From NCBI GenBank assembly GCA_965237805.1, contig OZ250153.1, positions 1,312,001 through 1,376,000 on the forward strand: DNA of 64,000 nucleotides. Direction: 5' to 3'. Shown here piece after piece: positions 48,097 through 57,881 of this stretch; position 1 is the stretch's first letter; every line of letters starts with the position of its first letter. Both the position numbers and the translations under genes were made by a program. The notes below the pieces were generated by a model, which was not told the origin of the DNA, made no database searches, and saw only the letters and a list, made by a program, of their open reading frames with translations. Origin of the DNA: Gammaproteobacteria bacterium. Lineage in GTDB: Bacteria; Pseudomonadota; Gammaproteobacteria; JABABF01.

Positions 48097-49316
48097 GGCA
48101 AAGATCCTCGGGCCGGTATGGCCAAGAGCAGATCGACATGGGTCGTCCGCCCGCGCCTGTCGAACTGCATTTCTGCGTTGACCAAATGTGCTGGCACTCC
48201 CTCGAGCCGCATTGCCAACTCGGCCAATAGATAGTGGATGGCGCGGTCTGCACGCAACCGGATATGCGATATGAGGCCGTAGTCGGTGCTCCGGCGGCGT
48301 TGTTCTGTCAGCTGCAGGTTGGCAAATTGCGCCAAGCTCTCCATCAGAGTGGCCAGTTCGGTCGCTGCGATTGGTTGTCGGCGCACATGACTGGCAGCGG
48401 GTTGCTGGCGTCGCCAACGGAAGGTCTCGCCCTCGTGCGAAGCTTCTTTAAAACCGAGCGCTGTAGCGTGGCTGCGCCTGTAGTCGCGCCGGGCGCTGCT
48501 GCCCGAGATCAGTGTCTCCGTGCCCTTAATGCGCAGCTGGTGCACGCCGAGTGCCGGTGCCCATGGGGCAATTTGGCTGCCGAGCTGATTGATGTCGCGA
48601 ATGCCGCGGGCCGCAGCAGCTGGTAGTGAGATCGGTAGCGTTAGCGCTGCCTTGGCCAGTGCCTGTGCAGTTGACGCACGGTTCGGTGTCCACGACTCGG
48701 CGTACCAGCTCGCTGTCAAGAGGGCGGCGGTGGCGATGGCTGCTGGCAAAGCGTGGGCAGGCACGGGCAGGCCATGTGCCAACAGGCAACCCAGCACTGG
48801 GCGATAGCGGTAGTTCCGTGCGCTGCGTCCTCGCAACGACAACGCTGAGGGGGGCAGTTTTTCGGTCGCGCTGTCGCCTAGCTGCGCGGCCAATTGTCCG
48901 ACGGGCACCATGACGATTGCAAGCTCCTCAGCCGCACTCGCGCTCAATTCTTCTCGCGCCCGCTCTAGGGTGACGGCGCGCTCGTCACGTGCCAGCCCTT
49001 CCTCCCAATTGCACAGATACACCATCTGGTCGAAGGGGACACAGAGCAGATAGCGCGGACCGAATCCATAGAAGGGGCTGCCTGGGCGCTCGATCTGTGC
49101 AGCCAAGCATAGCCCGCCGCTGTCGGCGAAATAGCTGACATCGGCTTGGATGAGGCAGTGGCTGGCCTCGTGCTGTCGGGCGCAGTCTCGGATTTGGCGT
49201 CCGCGCGCCAAGCGTCCCATGCCGCTTATCGTTTCAGAGGGGGCACCGATGACCAAGTCCACCACATGCCCAGTGACCCTTTCCCGCCATTGATAGGAGC
49301 CGTGTGCTGGCATCAC
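48093..49316 (-). CDS. PilO-like type IVb pilus accessory protein
   Basis: About 407 aa bitopic protein directly after the secretin; assignment is by synteny. Confidence 0.5.
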   Translation of the reverse strand: MMPAHGSYQWRERVTGHVVDLVIGAPSETISGMGRLARGRQIRDCARQHEASHCLIQADVSYFADSGGLCLAAQIERPGSPFYGFGPRYLLCVPFDQMVYLCNWEEGLARDERAVTLERAREELSASAAEELAIVMVPVGQLAAQLGDSATEKLPPSALSLRGRSARNYRYRPVLGCLLAHGLPVPAHALPAAIATAALLTASWYAESWTPNRASTAQALAKAALTLPISLPAAAARGIRDINQLGSQIAPWAPALGVHQLRIKGTETLISGSSARRDYRRSHATALGFKEASHEGETFRWRRQQPAASHVRRQPIAATELATLMESLAQFANLQLTEQRRRSTDYGLISHIRLRADRAIHYLLAELAMRLEGVPAHLVNAEMQFDRRGRTTHVDLLLAIPARGSLP

Positions 49317-50773
49317 TGTGATGCCAGCATTGGGTCTAGGAGATGCGCGGTAACCGACAGCACCGTTTCCAATTGCCGCCGACTGTGGCTGGAATCCCGC
49401 CGTATTGGCAGTAGCGGATTGTGCAGAGCCCGGCGGTTAGACATGATGCGAGGATTGCCTGCCAGCACGATCGTCTCGCCGCTACCGAGGATCACGGGTA
49501 GCGTGAATTGGGTATCGTCGTATTCTGGCAGGCGCAGGCTGATGCTGCTGCCAGCGGCACCGAGGGTTTGAGCTAAGAAGCGGGTCACTTGGGTGTAGTT
49601 CAGCGAAATCGACAGGCTGATCTGATCGCCCACCACGGTTGGCAACAGATACAGCGTGGTGCCGCCGATGACTTCATCGGTGGTGATCTCAGGGGTCACT
49701 TGGGTGGTGTCGCCGCGGGTCTGCTCGGTCAGTCGCACACTCTCCACATAGGGCGACACGCGGTTGAGGCGCAATTCACTGACTTGGTTGTTGAGACAGA
49801 CGATGCGTGGGCGTGAGACCAAGCTGGTGGCACCTTGCTCCGACAGAGCCTTGAAGATCAGTTCGGAGCCACTGAAGCGCCCGTCTGCACTTGCGTTGAA
49901 CGACAACTGGAAAGGCGTGATCGCTTGGTCGAGCGCACTGCTACCAGCAGCTGTGGCACCGATACGGTAGCGGCTGGCCCGTTGGTACAGCAGGGACCAA
50001 TCGATACTGTTCTGCCCGGAGTCAGTCAGATCGACCAAGTAGATTTCCAGCGCCACCAGCACCCGCTGCCGGGCGACGCGATTGAAGACTTTGATCATGC
50101 GCTCGACCTGAGCCAGCACATCCGGCGGTGCCGTGACTGAGACGCTGTTGACCGACGGGAGCATGGCGTAGTGGTGATCACGCAACAGGCCGCTCAGACT
50201 GTTGTCGATCTCCGCATAGGGTTCCACTTGGTGTTCCAGTTGCAGGCCGGAGGCGTTCCCGTCGTCATCCGAGCTGCCATCGCGTGGCTGCCCCAATTGC
50301 ACTCGGCGCTTCTGCTCGGGCAAGGCCAGCTGGAATATGCGTGTGGGTAGGCCAGTCCACCCGACATGGCCGTGGGGGCCGATTTCGTAGGCCCAGTTGG
50401 TCTGGGTAGCGATGGCCTCCAGATGCTCTTGCACGGGCAATGCGCCGCCGGGCGGCGCGGTGACCAGCGGGTCGGTCGCAATGTCGTCGGCGAAGTGGGT
50501 TGGGCGCCCACCCAGCACTGCGTGGATCGCTTGGGTAGCAGGCAGCTCGATGTAGCGTAGCTGCACCCGCTGCTCAAGCCAAGCAGCGTGGCGGTGGCGG
50601 CGCACTGGCGATGCCCGGGTGGCACCCTCGCGCCGCGCCACAAAGGGTAGCTGTTGCGCTTGGCGCGCCGCCGCTTCGTCTGCGCTTGTCAGCTCGATGG
50701 CGGCAGGAGCGTGACATCCGCAAAGTGCGCTGCACAACAGAGTGAGCGGTAGAGCATGACGTCGCCGTCGCAT
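49313..50773 (-). CDS. pilN: Lipoprotein secretin (PilN/BfpB/MshL-like)
   Basis: Lipobox ALCGC; ALSEQG.TSLVSRP.IVCLNNQ, LYLLPTV, LGSGETIVLAG. Confidence 0.88.
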   Translation of the reverse strand: MRRRRHALPLTLLCSALCGCHAPAAIELTSADEAAARQAQQLPFVARREGATRASPVRRHRHAAWLEQRVQLRYIELPATQAIHAVLGGRPTHFADDIATDPLVTAPPGGALPVQEHLEAIATQTNWAYEIGPHGHVGWTGLPTRIFQLALPEQKRRVQLGQPRDGSSDDDGNASGLQLEHQVEPYAEIDNSLSGLLRDHHYAMLPSVNSVSVTAPPDVLAQVERMIKVFNRVARQRVLVALEIYLVDLTDSGQNSIDWSLLYQRASRYRIGATAAGSSALDQAITPFQLSFNASADGRFSGSELIFKALSEQGATSLVSRPRIVCLNNQVSELRLNRVSPYVESVRLTEQTRGDTTQVTPEITTDEVIGGTTLYLLPTVVGDQISLSISLNYTQVTRFLAQTLGAAGSSISLRLPEYDDTQFTLPVILGSGETIVLAGNPRIMSNRRALHNPLLPIRRDSSHSRRQLETVLSVTAHLLDPMLASQ

Positions 50774-50778
50774 GTCAG

Positions 50779-52077
50779 CTACTTCGGCTCCCCGCTGCGT
50801 CTCGGCGCGTAGCGAGGTGTAAAATCGACCGTCCGGTCACGCATGTTCAGCGTTGGCTGAATGTCGTAACTTTCCAGCAAGTTACTCAGGGCTTGTTCGG
50901 CATCGGCCGCTGGCACTTGGTACTCGTAGGGGATATCCCAGTCGTATTCATAATCCCCATCTGCGAGTAGCCATTGCCCCACGCGCAGGGAGAAGCTCTC
51001 GAGCAGGCGTTCAATGTTGGCTTTGAGCGAGCCTTGGCGCACAGTGAAATGGCCAGTTTTTGGCAGATTATCGGCGCTGTCAGCTACCGCGCTACGCAGT
51101 TGCTGGCAGTTGGCTGTGCGATCTGGTGATTGGGTGCCGCGCAATTCGATATCCACACCGTGGCGTAGTACAGCCGTTGGCTCCCGATGGTTGGAGACGC
51201 TTGTCTCGACGACGATGTGTCCGCGCCGTACCCCGCGTTGTTCCAGCGCTTCTGCCACTGTCTGTGCCCGCTTGCGTGCCTGCTCGACGGTGGCCCAGCC
51301 AGCATGGCTGTGCGAGTGGCCGCGTACCACTAGCCGCAAGTCCCGTGTACGTGCCGCTGCACTTGCTTGCTGGATGGCTCGGTGCGCGGTATCGCCGAGG
51401 GTGCGGAATTCGGCCAAAGAAAAGGGCGCGAACAGTATTTCCCGCTCGACTGGCGCGGTAGAGCGGTACTGCTCCAAGAAGCGCTCCAGCCACTGCTCGT
51501 CGCGATATTCCGGGCGGATGCGCAATTGCAGGGTGCGGCCCAACTCGTTGACATGCACCCCCCAAGCGATGCCGATCAAGGCGTTGAGGCCAGACAGCAA
51601 CGGCACTGGCCCCAAATCCCGCAATGAGGCGGGCAGGGGTTGGCGGAACAGCAACTGTTGCACCAGCAGGCAATTCTCCTGATCTCGGTGCCCCAGCCGG
51701 TAGCCTGAGCGTGCGAGCAATTCGACGACTGCTTGCCCGATGGTGCTGATGCTGTCGCCGAAGGCGATGCGCATGGTGGCGTCTAAGGGTTGGCGTTGAT
51801 CGGCTCGCGCCGCACCGTGCGCCCAAGTGTATCGACCGTCACGCAGATAGGGAGCACTACCAGTCGCCGCTCGCTCGTCGGTGGCTACCCGACCGTCGCG
51901 CTGGTCGTCGCCGTGCGATGGTGCTTCCCACCGTTCCTCGGCGGGGCTTTCGAAGGCATCTGCGTCATCCACTCCGCCAGCGTGACTCAGCACGACCCCG
52001 CCACAGAGCAGTAGGCAGAGACAGACAACGGTAGCCAATTTCCAGCTGCTGTTGCGATGGAGCCTGCATCCGTGCAT
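50779..52077 (-). CDS. pilL: PilL-like protein (PilL N-domain + OmpA-like + TcpQ-like domains)
   Basis: GRYT...QRQPL...TIGQAV..LL.RSGYRL...LFRQPLPA..R.LGP; VRGHSH...RAQTVA..L..RGV; GSLKANIERL. Confidence 0.75.
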   Translation of the reverse strand: MHGCRLHRNSSWKLATVVCLCLLLCGGVVLSHAGGVDDADAFESPAEERWEAPSHGDDQRDGRVATDERAATGSAPYLRDGRYTWAHGAARADQRQPLDATMRIAFGDSISTIGQAVVELLARSGYRLGHRDQENCLLVQQLLFRQPLPASLRDLGPVPLLSGLNALIGIAWGVHVNELGRTLQLRIRPEYRDEQWLERFLEQYRSTAPVEREILFAPFSLAEFRTLGDTAHRAIQQASAAARTRDLRLVVRGHSHSHAGWATVEQARKRAQTVAEALEQRGVRRGHIVVETSVSNHREPTAVLRHGVDIELRGTQSPDRTANCQQLRSAVADSADNLPKTGHFTVRQGSLKANIERLLESFSLRVGQWLLADGDYEYDWDIPYEYQVPAADAEQALSNLLESYDIQPTLNMRDRTVDFTPRYAPRRSGEPK

Positions 52078-52229
52078 CGTGCCCTTCCCTGAGCCGCACC
52101 CTGTCCCGTGTCGTACTCGGTGGCTTGCCAGCCCCGCCATACGATGCGTTGTGGACAGTGTGCAGCTCGGGATGCACGCCGTCGAGTATCAAATTGGGCT
52201 GCCGTCGCAGCCGTTTGTTCAGCGTGCTA

Positions 52230-52757
52230 TCAGTCGGGCAACTGACCGCCAAAGGAGACCCATATGCGATCCAAGCTCAAGCCAGTGGAGGTTGCGACAG
52301 CACATAATTTGTCCAGTTCATGGAGTTGGTGGCGGCCTAGTTTGCACCAACAACGTTGCACTTCGGACTCTTCTTTTTCGCTGAGCAGCTCGATGCGGCC
52401 ACGCGGCTTCGGCGATAGGCCAAGCGATTTGAGCCTGTCTCTGAATTGTTCTCGGGACATGCCTGTGAAGGCTTCCAGCAAGGCATGGCGGGCACCGAGG
52501 CGCAACGACTCGTCGATCTGTTGTGCGTTGTGGTTGCGCTCGTGCATCAATTTGACGAGCTGGCGCAACACCTCGTTGTCGATGGTCGCAACCGGGCGGC
52601 GGTTCTCAATGCCGAGGCTCTCGCTACTTTGATGCCGCAGTTGCCATACCAGCTCCATGTCGGCGCAGATGTCGTTGACGGCGCGGTCATGCGCTGTAGC
52701 AAGCCAGCTGAGGATGAGGCGGTTAAATTGCTGTATTTGCAGTTGAGTGTTGTTCAT
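52230..52757 (-). CDS. DUF2857 / STY4526-YPO1902 family ICE protein
   Basis: AAGGAGG RBS; LRLGA..ALL.AFTGMS..QF..R...LGL...RGR...LSE.EE..V...W. Confidence 0.7.
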   Translation of the reverse strand: MNNTQLQIQQFNRLILSWLATAHDRAVNDICADMELVWQLRHQSSESLGIENRRPVATIDNEVLRQLVKLMHERNHNAQQIDESLRLGARHALLEAFTGMSREQFRDRLKSLGLSPKPRGRIELLSEKEESEVQRCWCKLGRHQLHELDKLCAVATSTGLSLDRIWVSFGGQLPD

Positions 52758-52846
52758 GAGTGGGCCCTCCTTGGCGCACATAAGCTGTCTGCAACATCAG
52801 CGCAATGCATGGGGACATTGCTGGCATCGCTTTAAGCTTTGCCCCG

Positions 52847-52875
52847 ATTAAAGCAGATTTGCCAGTAAATTTCAA
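52847..52875 (-). promoter_or_regulatory. Putative sigma70 promoter of the DUF2857-pil operon
   Basis: Minus strand TTGAAA-N17-TTTAAT with an extended -10 TG. Confidence 0.5.
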
Positions 52876-52951
52876 GAGCTCGCAAAGACCGGCCGAGGGT
52901 GAGCAATCCGCACACTGGAACCACTGGTTTAGCGCAGTTGGCAATGCCGGA

Positions 52952-54412
52952 CTATTGGTGATTCCGCACATGCTCTCCGTTGGAAATGTTGCTGATGACG
53001 GTGGCCTGCCGGTGGCGCTTCGACGGAGGCCAAGTGGTGCGTGCAATTCGGCTGCCGCGCAAGCTGCTCATATATAAGGTGTCGTTACGCGTCACCACGA
53101 TATGTGTCACTGCGCCCATCGGTGGGCCGCGATGCCGCATCATGGTCTCCAGTGGCTCCAAAGTTTCTGGGTCGAGCACTTCCAAGCTGAATTTGGTGGC
53201 GCAGGGATCGGCATTGCTGAGCCCATAGCACAGCTGTTGCTCTAAAACAGAGGCATCCCAGTTGATGACTATCAGGTCGCCCCGAGGTGACCAATTGAGC
53301 CCCCATGGGCGATCCAACTCCTGCTCGGCAAGTAATTTGCCACTGGGCAAGCTGTGCCGACGCACCACAGCGGCACCGATGCCGATCTGGGTGGTATAGA
53401 CGGAGCGGCTATCCCAAGACACCAACACTCCGATCGGCAGTGCGTAACTGACAGCACTCGACAAAACGCGTAGCCGCTGACCTCGTTGCCAGACGACAAC
53501 GCGCCCGATCTCAATATTCCGCGTACGGATGAGGTGAGCCAATTTGTTCGGTGCGATATCGACCGGATGGCTTTGGGTCGCCACAAAGCCACTCCCATTG
53601 GGCAGCGCGATGGCCTGGCTGATCACCATATTGGGCATTGAGACACAGCCGCGCCATGTCAGCTGCGGGAAGCTGGCCTTATCCCATGACAATTCCATGA
53701 AATTCACTGATCCGCCTGTGTGGCGGTTATTCGCAGTCGCCAGCACCTGCCACCCTCCGGCGGGTAGTCGAGAGATATTTGTGTGATGCACGTGCAAGTC
53801 GTGGGTGGTGGGCGCTGAGCAGCCGGGATCGCCCCAGCCTTTTTGGGGTGCGAATATCGGATTAATTTGCCGCACTTCGTCGGTTTCCATATCTAGAGTC
53901 AACAGTCTGGCGACCCTCTCCTGACCCGGCTCGTCCGGGGTGATGTCGCTGATCAATAGGTAGCGGTTCCCGGGGATGGCAGAGAGATGACGCGGATTCG
54001 CCAAGCCGCCTCCGCATATCGGTTCAATGCCATCGACGGGATCGCAGTGTTCAAGCGGGCGCAGGCCCCAGTAGGTTGACCAGTCGTGGGTGCCACCCCA
54101 TACCCATGTCAATGCCGAAGGAGTCTCTTCGCCGACACCGCCAGCCAACGTTTCATAGGTGTTGTGCTGTATGCTCAACATGCGCTCACTGACGCTGTTT
54201 GGCACCCATGGCACTATGTCACTCATATTGCGCCAAGGCACCAGATAGATCGTGACAGCCAACGCGCCAGCCAACAGCGCTATGGGGGCTGCGATCTGCC
54301 CCGCCACTTCGCCCGTGCGTAGTGCCATCCGGCGGCATATGGCTTTGATTCTAGGATCCAAAACGGTAACCATCTGCCACGTGGGGGGCGTGTCCGCCCA
54401 TGTGCGGCGCAA
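52952..54412 (-). CDS. Membrane-anchored paraoxonase/SMP-30-like beta-propeller, divergent
   Basis: C....IEPICG..NP..L, WGDPGC, LTWRGCV, H.GPPMGA.T; start uncertain. Confidence 0.6.
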   Translation of the reverse strand: MRRTWADTPPTWQMVTVLDPRIKAICRRMALRTGEVAGQIAAPIALLAGALAVTIYLVPWRNMSDIVPWVPNSVSERMLSIQHNTYETLAGGVGEETPSALTWVWGGTHDWSTYWGLRPLEHCDPVDGIEPICGGGLANPRHLSAIPGNRYLLISDITPDEPGQERVARLLTLDMETDEVRQINPIFAPQKGWGDPGCSAPTTHDLHVHHTNISRLPAGGWQVLATANNRHTGGSVNFMELSWDKASFPQLTWRGCVSMPNMVISQAIALPNGSGFVATQSHPVDIAPNKLAHLIRTRNIEIGRVVVWQRGQRLRVLSSAVSYALPIGVLVSWDSRSVYTTQIGIGAAVVRRHSLPSGKLLAEQELDRPWGLNWSPRGDLIVINWDASVLEQQLCYGLSNADPCATKFSLEVLDPETLEPLETMMRHRGPPMGAVTHIVVTRNDTLYMSSLRGSRIARTTWPPSKRHRQATVISNISNGEHVRNHQ

Positions 54413-54601
54413 ATATTGTCACGGCTTTATTCATTATTGATATGGGTTTATTGGCAGAACTTCAGGACTGCTGATAGTTATAATGCCATACTTTTCGCAA
54501 CTGCGTATTACTGCTGGGAGACATATAATGAAACGCTGTTGCTACTGCAAGCCCTCGCTTTGCGCATGGGACGGTGAGTAGTCAAGGGCCTGAGGACCGC
54601 C

Positions 54602-55603
54602 ATGGCTGATGACGGGACAGTTTTGGGAGATCGCTTCGGTCGCCGTATTTCCTATCTGCGCGTGTCGGTCACCGACCGTTGCGATTTACGTTGTGTTTAT
54701 TGCATGACGGAGAAGATGCGCTTCCTGCCGCGGGCACAGTTGCTGAGTCTGGAGGAACTGCGGGATGTTGCGGCCGCTTTCGTGTCTTTGGGAGTGGTCA
54801 AATTACGTATCACCGGTGGCGAGCCTTTGGTGCGTCATGGGGTGTTGGGCTTGCTGCATCAGCTGGGAGAGTTGCCGGGGCTTGGTGAGTTGGTGTTGAC
54901 CACCAATGGCACGCGTTTGGCACAGTGTGCGGTGGAACTGCGCGCTGCTGGTGTGCGCCGTGTCAACATCAGTCTCGACAGTTTGCGTGCCGACCGCTTC
55001 CGAAAATTGACCCGCTACGGGGAGCTTGGATCTGTGCTGGGTGGCGTTGATGCTGCGCTGGCTGCTGGTTTCGAGCGGGTCAAATTGAACAGCGTCATCC
55101 TGCGTGGGCGTAATGACGACGAAGTGTTGGATCTGGTTGATTTTGCTCGTGTCCGGGGCTGCGACATCAGTTTTATCGAAGAGATGCCGCTGGGGGAGAT
55201 CAGCGATCACGACCGCGCCCTTTCCTTCTGCCCCAGCGCCGAGCTCCGGGCAAAGATCGAGCGCCGTTACCCGCTGAGCGTTTCGACTGAATCCAGCGGT
55301 GGCCCCGCCCGTTACTATCGCATGGGCGATAGTGCGACCCGCATCGGCTTCATTTCTCCGCACAGTGAAAATTTCTGCGCCAGCTGCAACCGGGTGCGGC
55401 TGATGCCAGACGGTCGACTATTGCTTTGTCTGGGGCACGAGCATTCGGTGGATTTGCGTGTGGTGGTGCGCCGTTATCCCGGTGACAGCGACCGGTTGTG
55501 TGAAGCGATTTGCGCGGCCATGGCGCTGAAGCCAGAGCGCCATGATTTCCGCCTCGACGAAGCACCGACACTATTGCGCTTCATGAATGCTAGCGGCGGC
55601 TAG
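54602..55603 (+). CDS. moaA: GTP 3',8-cyclase
   Basis: YLRVSVTDRCDLRCVYCM, FCASCNRVRL, C-terminal GG. Confidence 0.96.
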   Translation: MADDGTVLGDRFGRRISYLRVSVTDRCDLRCVYCMTEKMRFLPRAQLLSLEELRDVAAAFVSLGVVKLRITGGEPLVRHGVLGLLHQLGELPGLGELVLTTNGTRLAQCAVELRAAGVRRVNISLDSLRADRFRKLTRYGELGSVLGGVDAALAAGFERVKLNSVILRGRNDDEVLDLVDFARVRGCDISFIEEMPLGEISDHDRALSFCPSAELRAKIERRYPLSVSTESSGGPARYYRMGDSATRIGFISPHSENFCASCNRVRLMPDGRLLLCLGHEHSVDLRVVVRRYPGDSDRLCEAICAAMALKPERHDFRLDEAPTLLRFMNASGG

Positions 55604-55613
55604 CGCCCGCACA

Positions 55614-56084
55614 TCATCTGCCCCTGCGCGGCAACTGACGGCGTTCACGTTGCCATTCGCGCTCTTTGATCGCCACGCGCTTGTCGTGCTCGGCTTTGCC
55701 GCGCACCAGCGCCAGTTCGCATTTCACCAAGTGTCGCTTCCAGTAGAGGCGCAGGCAGATGCAGCTGTGGCCGCGCTGCCGCAGCGTACGCTGTAGCACT
55801 TCGATCTCGCGTCGCGACAGCAACAGTTTGCGACGGCGGTCGGTCTCTTCAGGAGAGGCGCTCGCACCGCTAAGTGGCTCAATGCGAGTGCCGATCAGCC
55901 AGACTTCTCCCCGGTGTACCACGGCATAGCCATCGGTGATCTGTGCCCGTCCGGCACGCAAGCTCTTGACTTCCCAGCCACGCAGAGCCAAGCCAGCTTC
56001 AAAGCGTGTGTCTAGGTGGTAATCGTGTCGTGCGCGACGGTTGACGGCGATGGCGGCGCGGGATGCCGCGCGGCGAGACTTCAC
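55614..56084 (-). CDS. smpB: SsrA-binding protein
   Basis: IAVNRRARHDY, EAGLAL.GWEVKSLRAG, RKLLL, GK..HDKR; GTG start. Confidence 0.93.
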   Translation of the reverse strand: MKSRRAASRAAIAVNRRARHDYHLDTRFEAGLALRGWEVKSLRAGRAQITDGYAVVHRGEVWLIGTRIEPLSGASASPEETDRRRKLLLSRREIEVLQRTLRQRGHSCICLRLYWKRHLVKCELALVRGKAEHDKRVAIKEREWQRERRQLPRRGR

Positions 56085-56119
56085 TGTGCTGTGGCGGGAC
56101 TCCGGCAGATTGGCGGCCA

Positions 56120-56193
56120 CGGAGCGGGTGGGGGGAATCGAACCCCCACCGTCAGCGTGGGAGGCTGACATTCTGCCATTGAACTACACCCGC
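56120..56193 (-). tRNA. tRNA-Gly(CCC); 3' end reads CCG
   Basis: GCGGGTGTAGTTCAATGGCAGAATGTCAGCCTCCCACGCTGACGGTGGGGGTTCGATTCCCCCCACCCGCT-CCG. Confidence 0.9.
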
Positions 56194-56265
56194 CTACCGC
56201 GCATTTGCAATCCCTGATATTGTAGTCTAGATCTATTGTCATCAAGCTTTTGGGGATGTCGGACC

Positions 56266-56889
56266 ATGGCGACAGCGACCATGCCACAGTGGGTGGTGGA
56301 GCCGCCTTGGCCTGCAGCGCAGAGGGCTCATGCTGTCCTTGGCTTGTCCATGGTTCCGCCATTTCCAGATCACTCTGGGCTGGCGGTGTTCGGCATGGGT
56401 TGCTTCTGGGGTGCTGAGCGCCAATTCTGGCAATTGCCCGGTGTTGTATCGACGGCGGTTGGCTACGCTGGAGGGCATACGCCACAGCCGGATTACCACG
56501 AGATCTGCACTGGCACCAGCGGCCACGCCGAGGTGGTACTGGTGGTATACGATCCGCAACGCATCCATTACGAGGCGTTGTTGCAGGCGTTTTGGGAGGG
56601 ACACGATCCCACCCAAGGCATGCGCCAAGGCAACGACATCGGCAGCCAGTATCGCTCGATCATTTTGTGTGACGACAGCGAGCAGCAGCTGCTGGCCTCA
56701 GCCGCCTGCGAGCGCTATCAAGCACCGTTGCGGACGGCTGGCCACGGGGAGATAACTACGGAGATCGTCCCGGCGATGCCTTTCCATTACGCCGAGCTTT
56801 ACCATCAGCAGTACCTGTCCAAAAATCCTGGTGGCTATTGCGGTTTAGGGGGTGCCGGGGTGTCCTGCCCGGAGCCCGTCGCTCATTGA
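56266..56889 (+). CDS. msrA: Peptide methionine sulfoxide reductase A
   Basis: [47 protein letters not shown]. Confidence 0.95.
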   Translation: MATATMPQWVVEPPWPAAQRAHAVLGLSMVPPFPDHSGLAVFGMGCFWGAERQFWQLPGVVSTAVGYAGGHTPQPDYHEICTGTSGHAEVVLVVYDPQRIHYEALLQAFWEGHDPTQGMRQGNDIGSQYRSIILCDDSEQQLLASAACERYQAPLRTAGHGEITTEIVPAMPFHYAELYHQQYLSKNPGGYCGLGGAGVSCPEPVAH

Positions 56890-57881
56890 GCCTCTCCCCG
56901 CTCGCTCAGGCTTTGCTCCAGCAGCTCGCCGATGGCCGCTGCCATTCGGGTGGTGCGCTGGGGAAAAGCCTCGGAGTCAGTCGCACCGCCGTGTGGAAGC
57001 AGGCGCAGCGCCTGCGCCGATTGGGGCTGCCGTTGGCAGGGCGCAGAGGGCAGGGCTACCACCTGTCGGGCGGAATTGAGCTGCTCGACCAGCAGCGTAT
57101 CGTCGCCCAGCTGGCACCGGTCACGAGGCAGCGTTTGTCGCGCTTGGAGCTGTTATCGGTGGTGGATTCCACCAATCTGCGTGCCCAGCAACGCGCCGAC
57201 CAAGGGCTCGGCAGCGGCTATGTCTGCCTGGCCGAATGCCAAACAGCGGGTCGCGGTCGTCTTGGCCGGTCTTGGTTTAGTCCCTACGGTGCCAGCCTCT
57301 ATGTCTCCTTTCTGCAACGCTTTGACAGCGGGGTTGGCAGTGTGGGGGGCTTGAGTTTGGCGGTGGCGGTGGCGGTGGTTGAGGTTCTGGAGCGCCTCTG
57401 CGCGCCGCTTCAATTGCAGTTCAAATGGCCCAATGATGTGCTGTGGCGGGGGCGCAAACTGGCTGGTGTCCTGCTGGAGTGGAGCGGTGATCCCAGCGGC
57501 GCTGGCCAGCTCGTCACCGGCATCGGTGTCAATGTCGCTCTGCCAGTGGCGCAGGCGGATACCGCCATCGACCAAGCGTGGACGGATTTGGCGACGATAG
57601 CAGGGAGCCGTCCCTCGCGCAATGCCCTCGCCGCCGCGTTGTTGGATTCGGTGTTGGCGCTATTTGCCGACTATGGTCGATCCGGCTTTGCCGCTTGGCG
57701 TGAGCGTTGGCAGGAGAAGGATGCGTCGTTCGGGCAGGCGGTGGTATTGCGGCGTGGTCACGAGGAATTGCATGGCATTGCCGAGGGCGTCGATGAGGAA
57801 GGCGCACTGTGGTTGCGCGTCGGCAGCGAGCGCCGACGCCTCGTTGGTGGCGAGCTGTCGTTACGCATAGCCCCGCCGTGA
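56886..57881 (+). CDS. birA: Bifunctional biotin ligase / repressor
   Basis: [45 protein letters not shown]; TTG start. Confidence 0.93.
   Translation: MSLSPLAQALLQQLADGRCHSGGALGKSLGVSRTAVWKQAQRLRRLGLPLAGRRGQGYHLSGGIELLDQQRIVAQLAPVTRQRLSRLELLSVVDSTNLRAQQRADQGLGSGYVCLAECQTAGRGRLGRSWFSPYGASLYVSFLQRFDSGVGSVGGLSLAVAVAVVEVLERLCAPLQLQFKWPNDVLWRGRKLAGVLLEWSGDPSGAGQLVTGIGVNVALPVAQADTAIDQAWTDLATIAGSRPSRNALAAALLDSVLALFADYGRSGFAAWRERWQEKDASFGQAVVLRRGHEELHGIAEGVDEEGALWLRVGSERRRLVGGELSLRIAPP

Noticed and set aside
54413-54601. Moco riboswitch upstream of moaA
   Set aside because: No recognisable motif by eye; would need an Rfam cmscan.
56085-56171. N-terminal extension of SmpB
   Set aside because: It overlaps tRNA-Gly; GTG at 56084 gives a normal-length SmpB.
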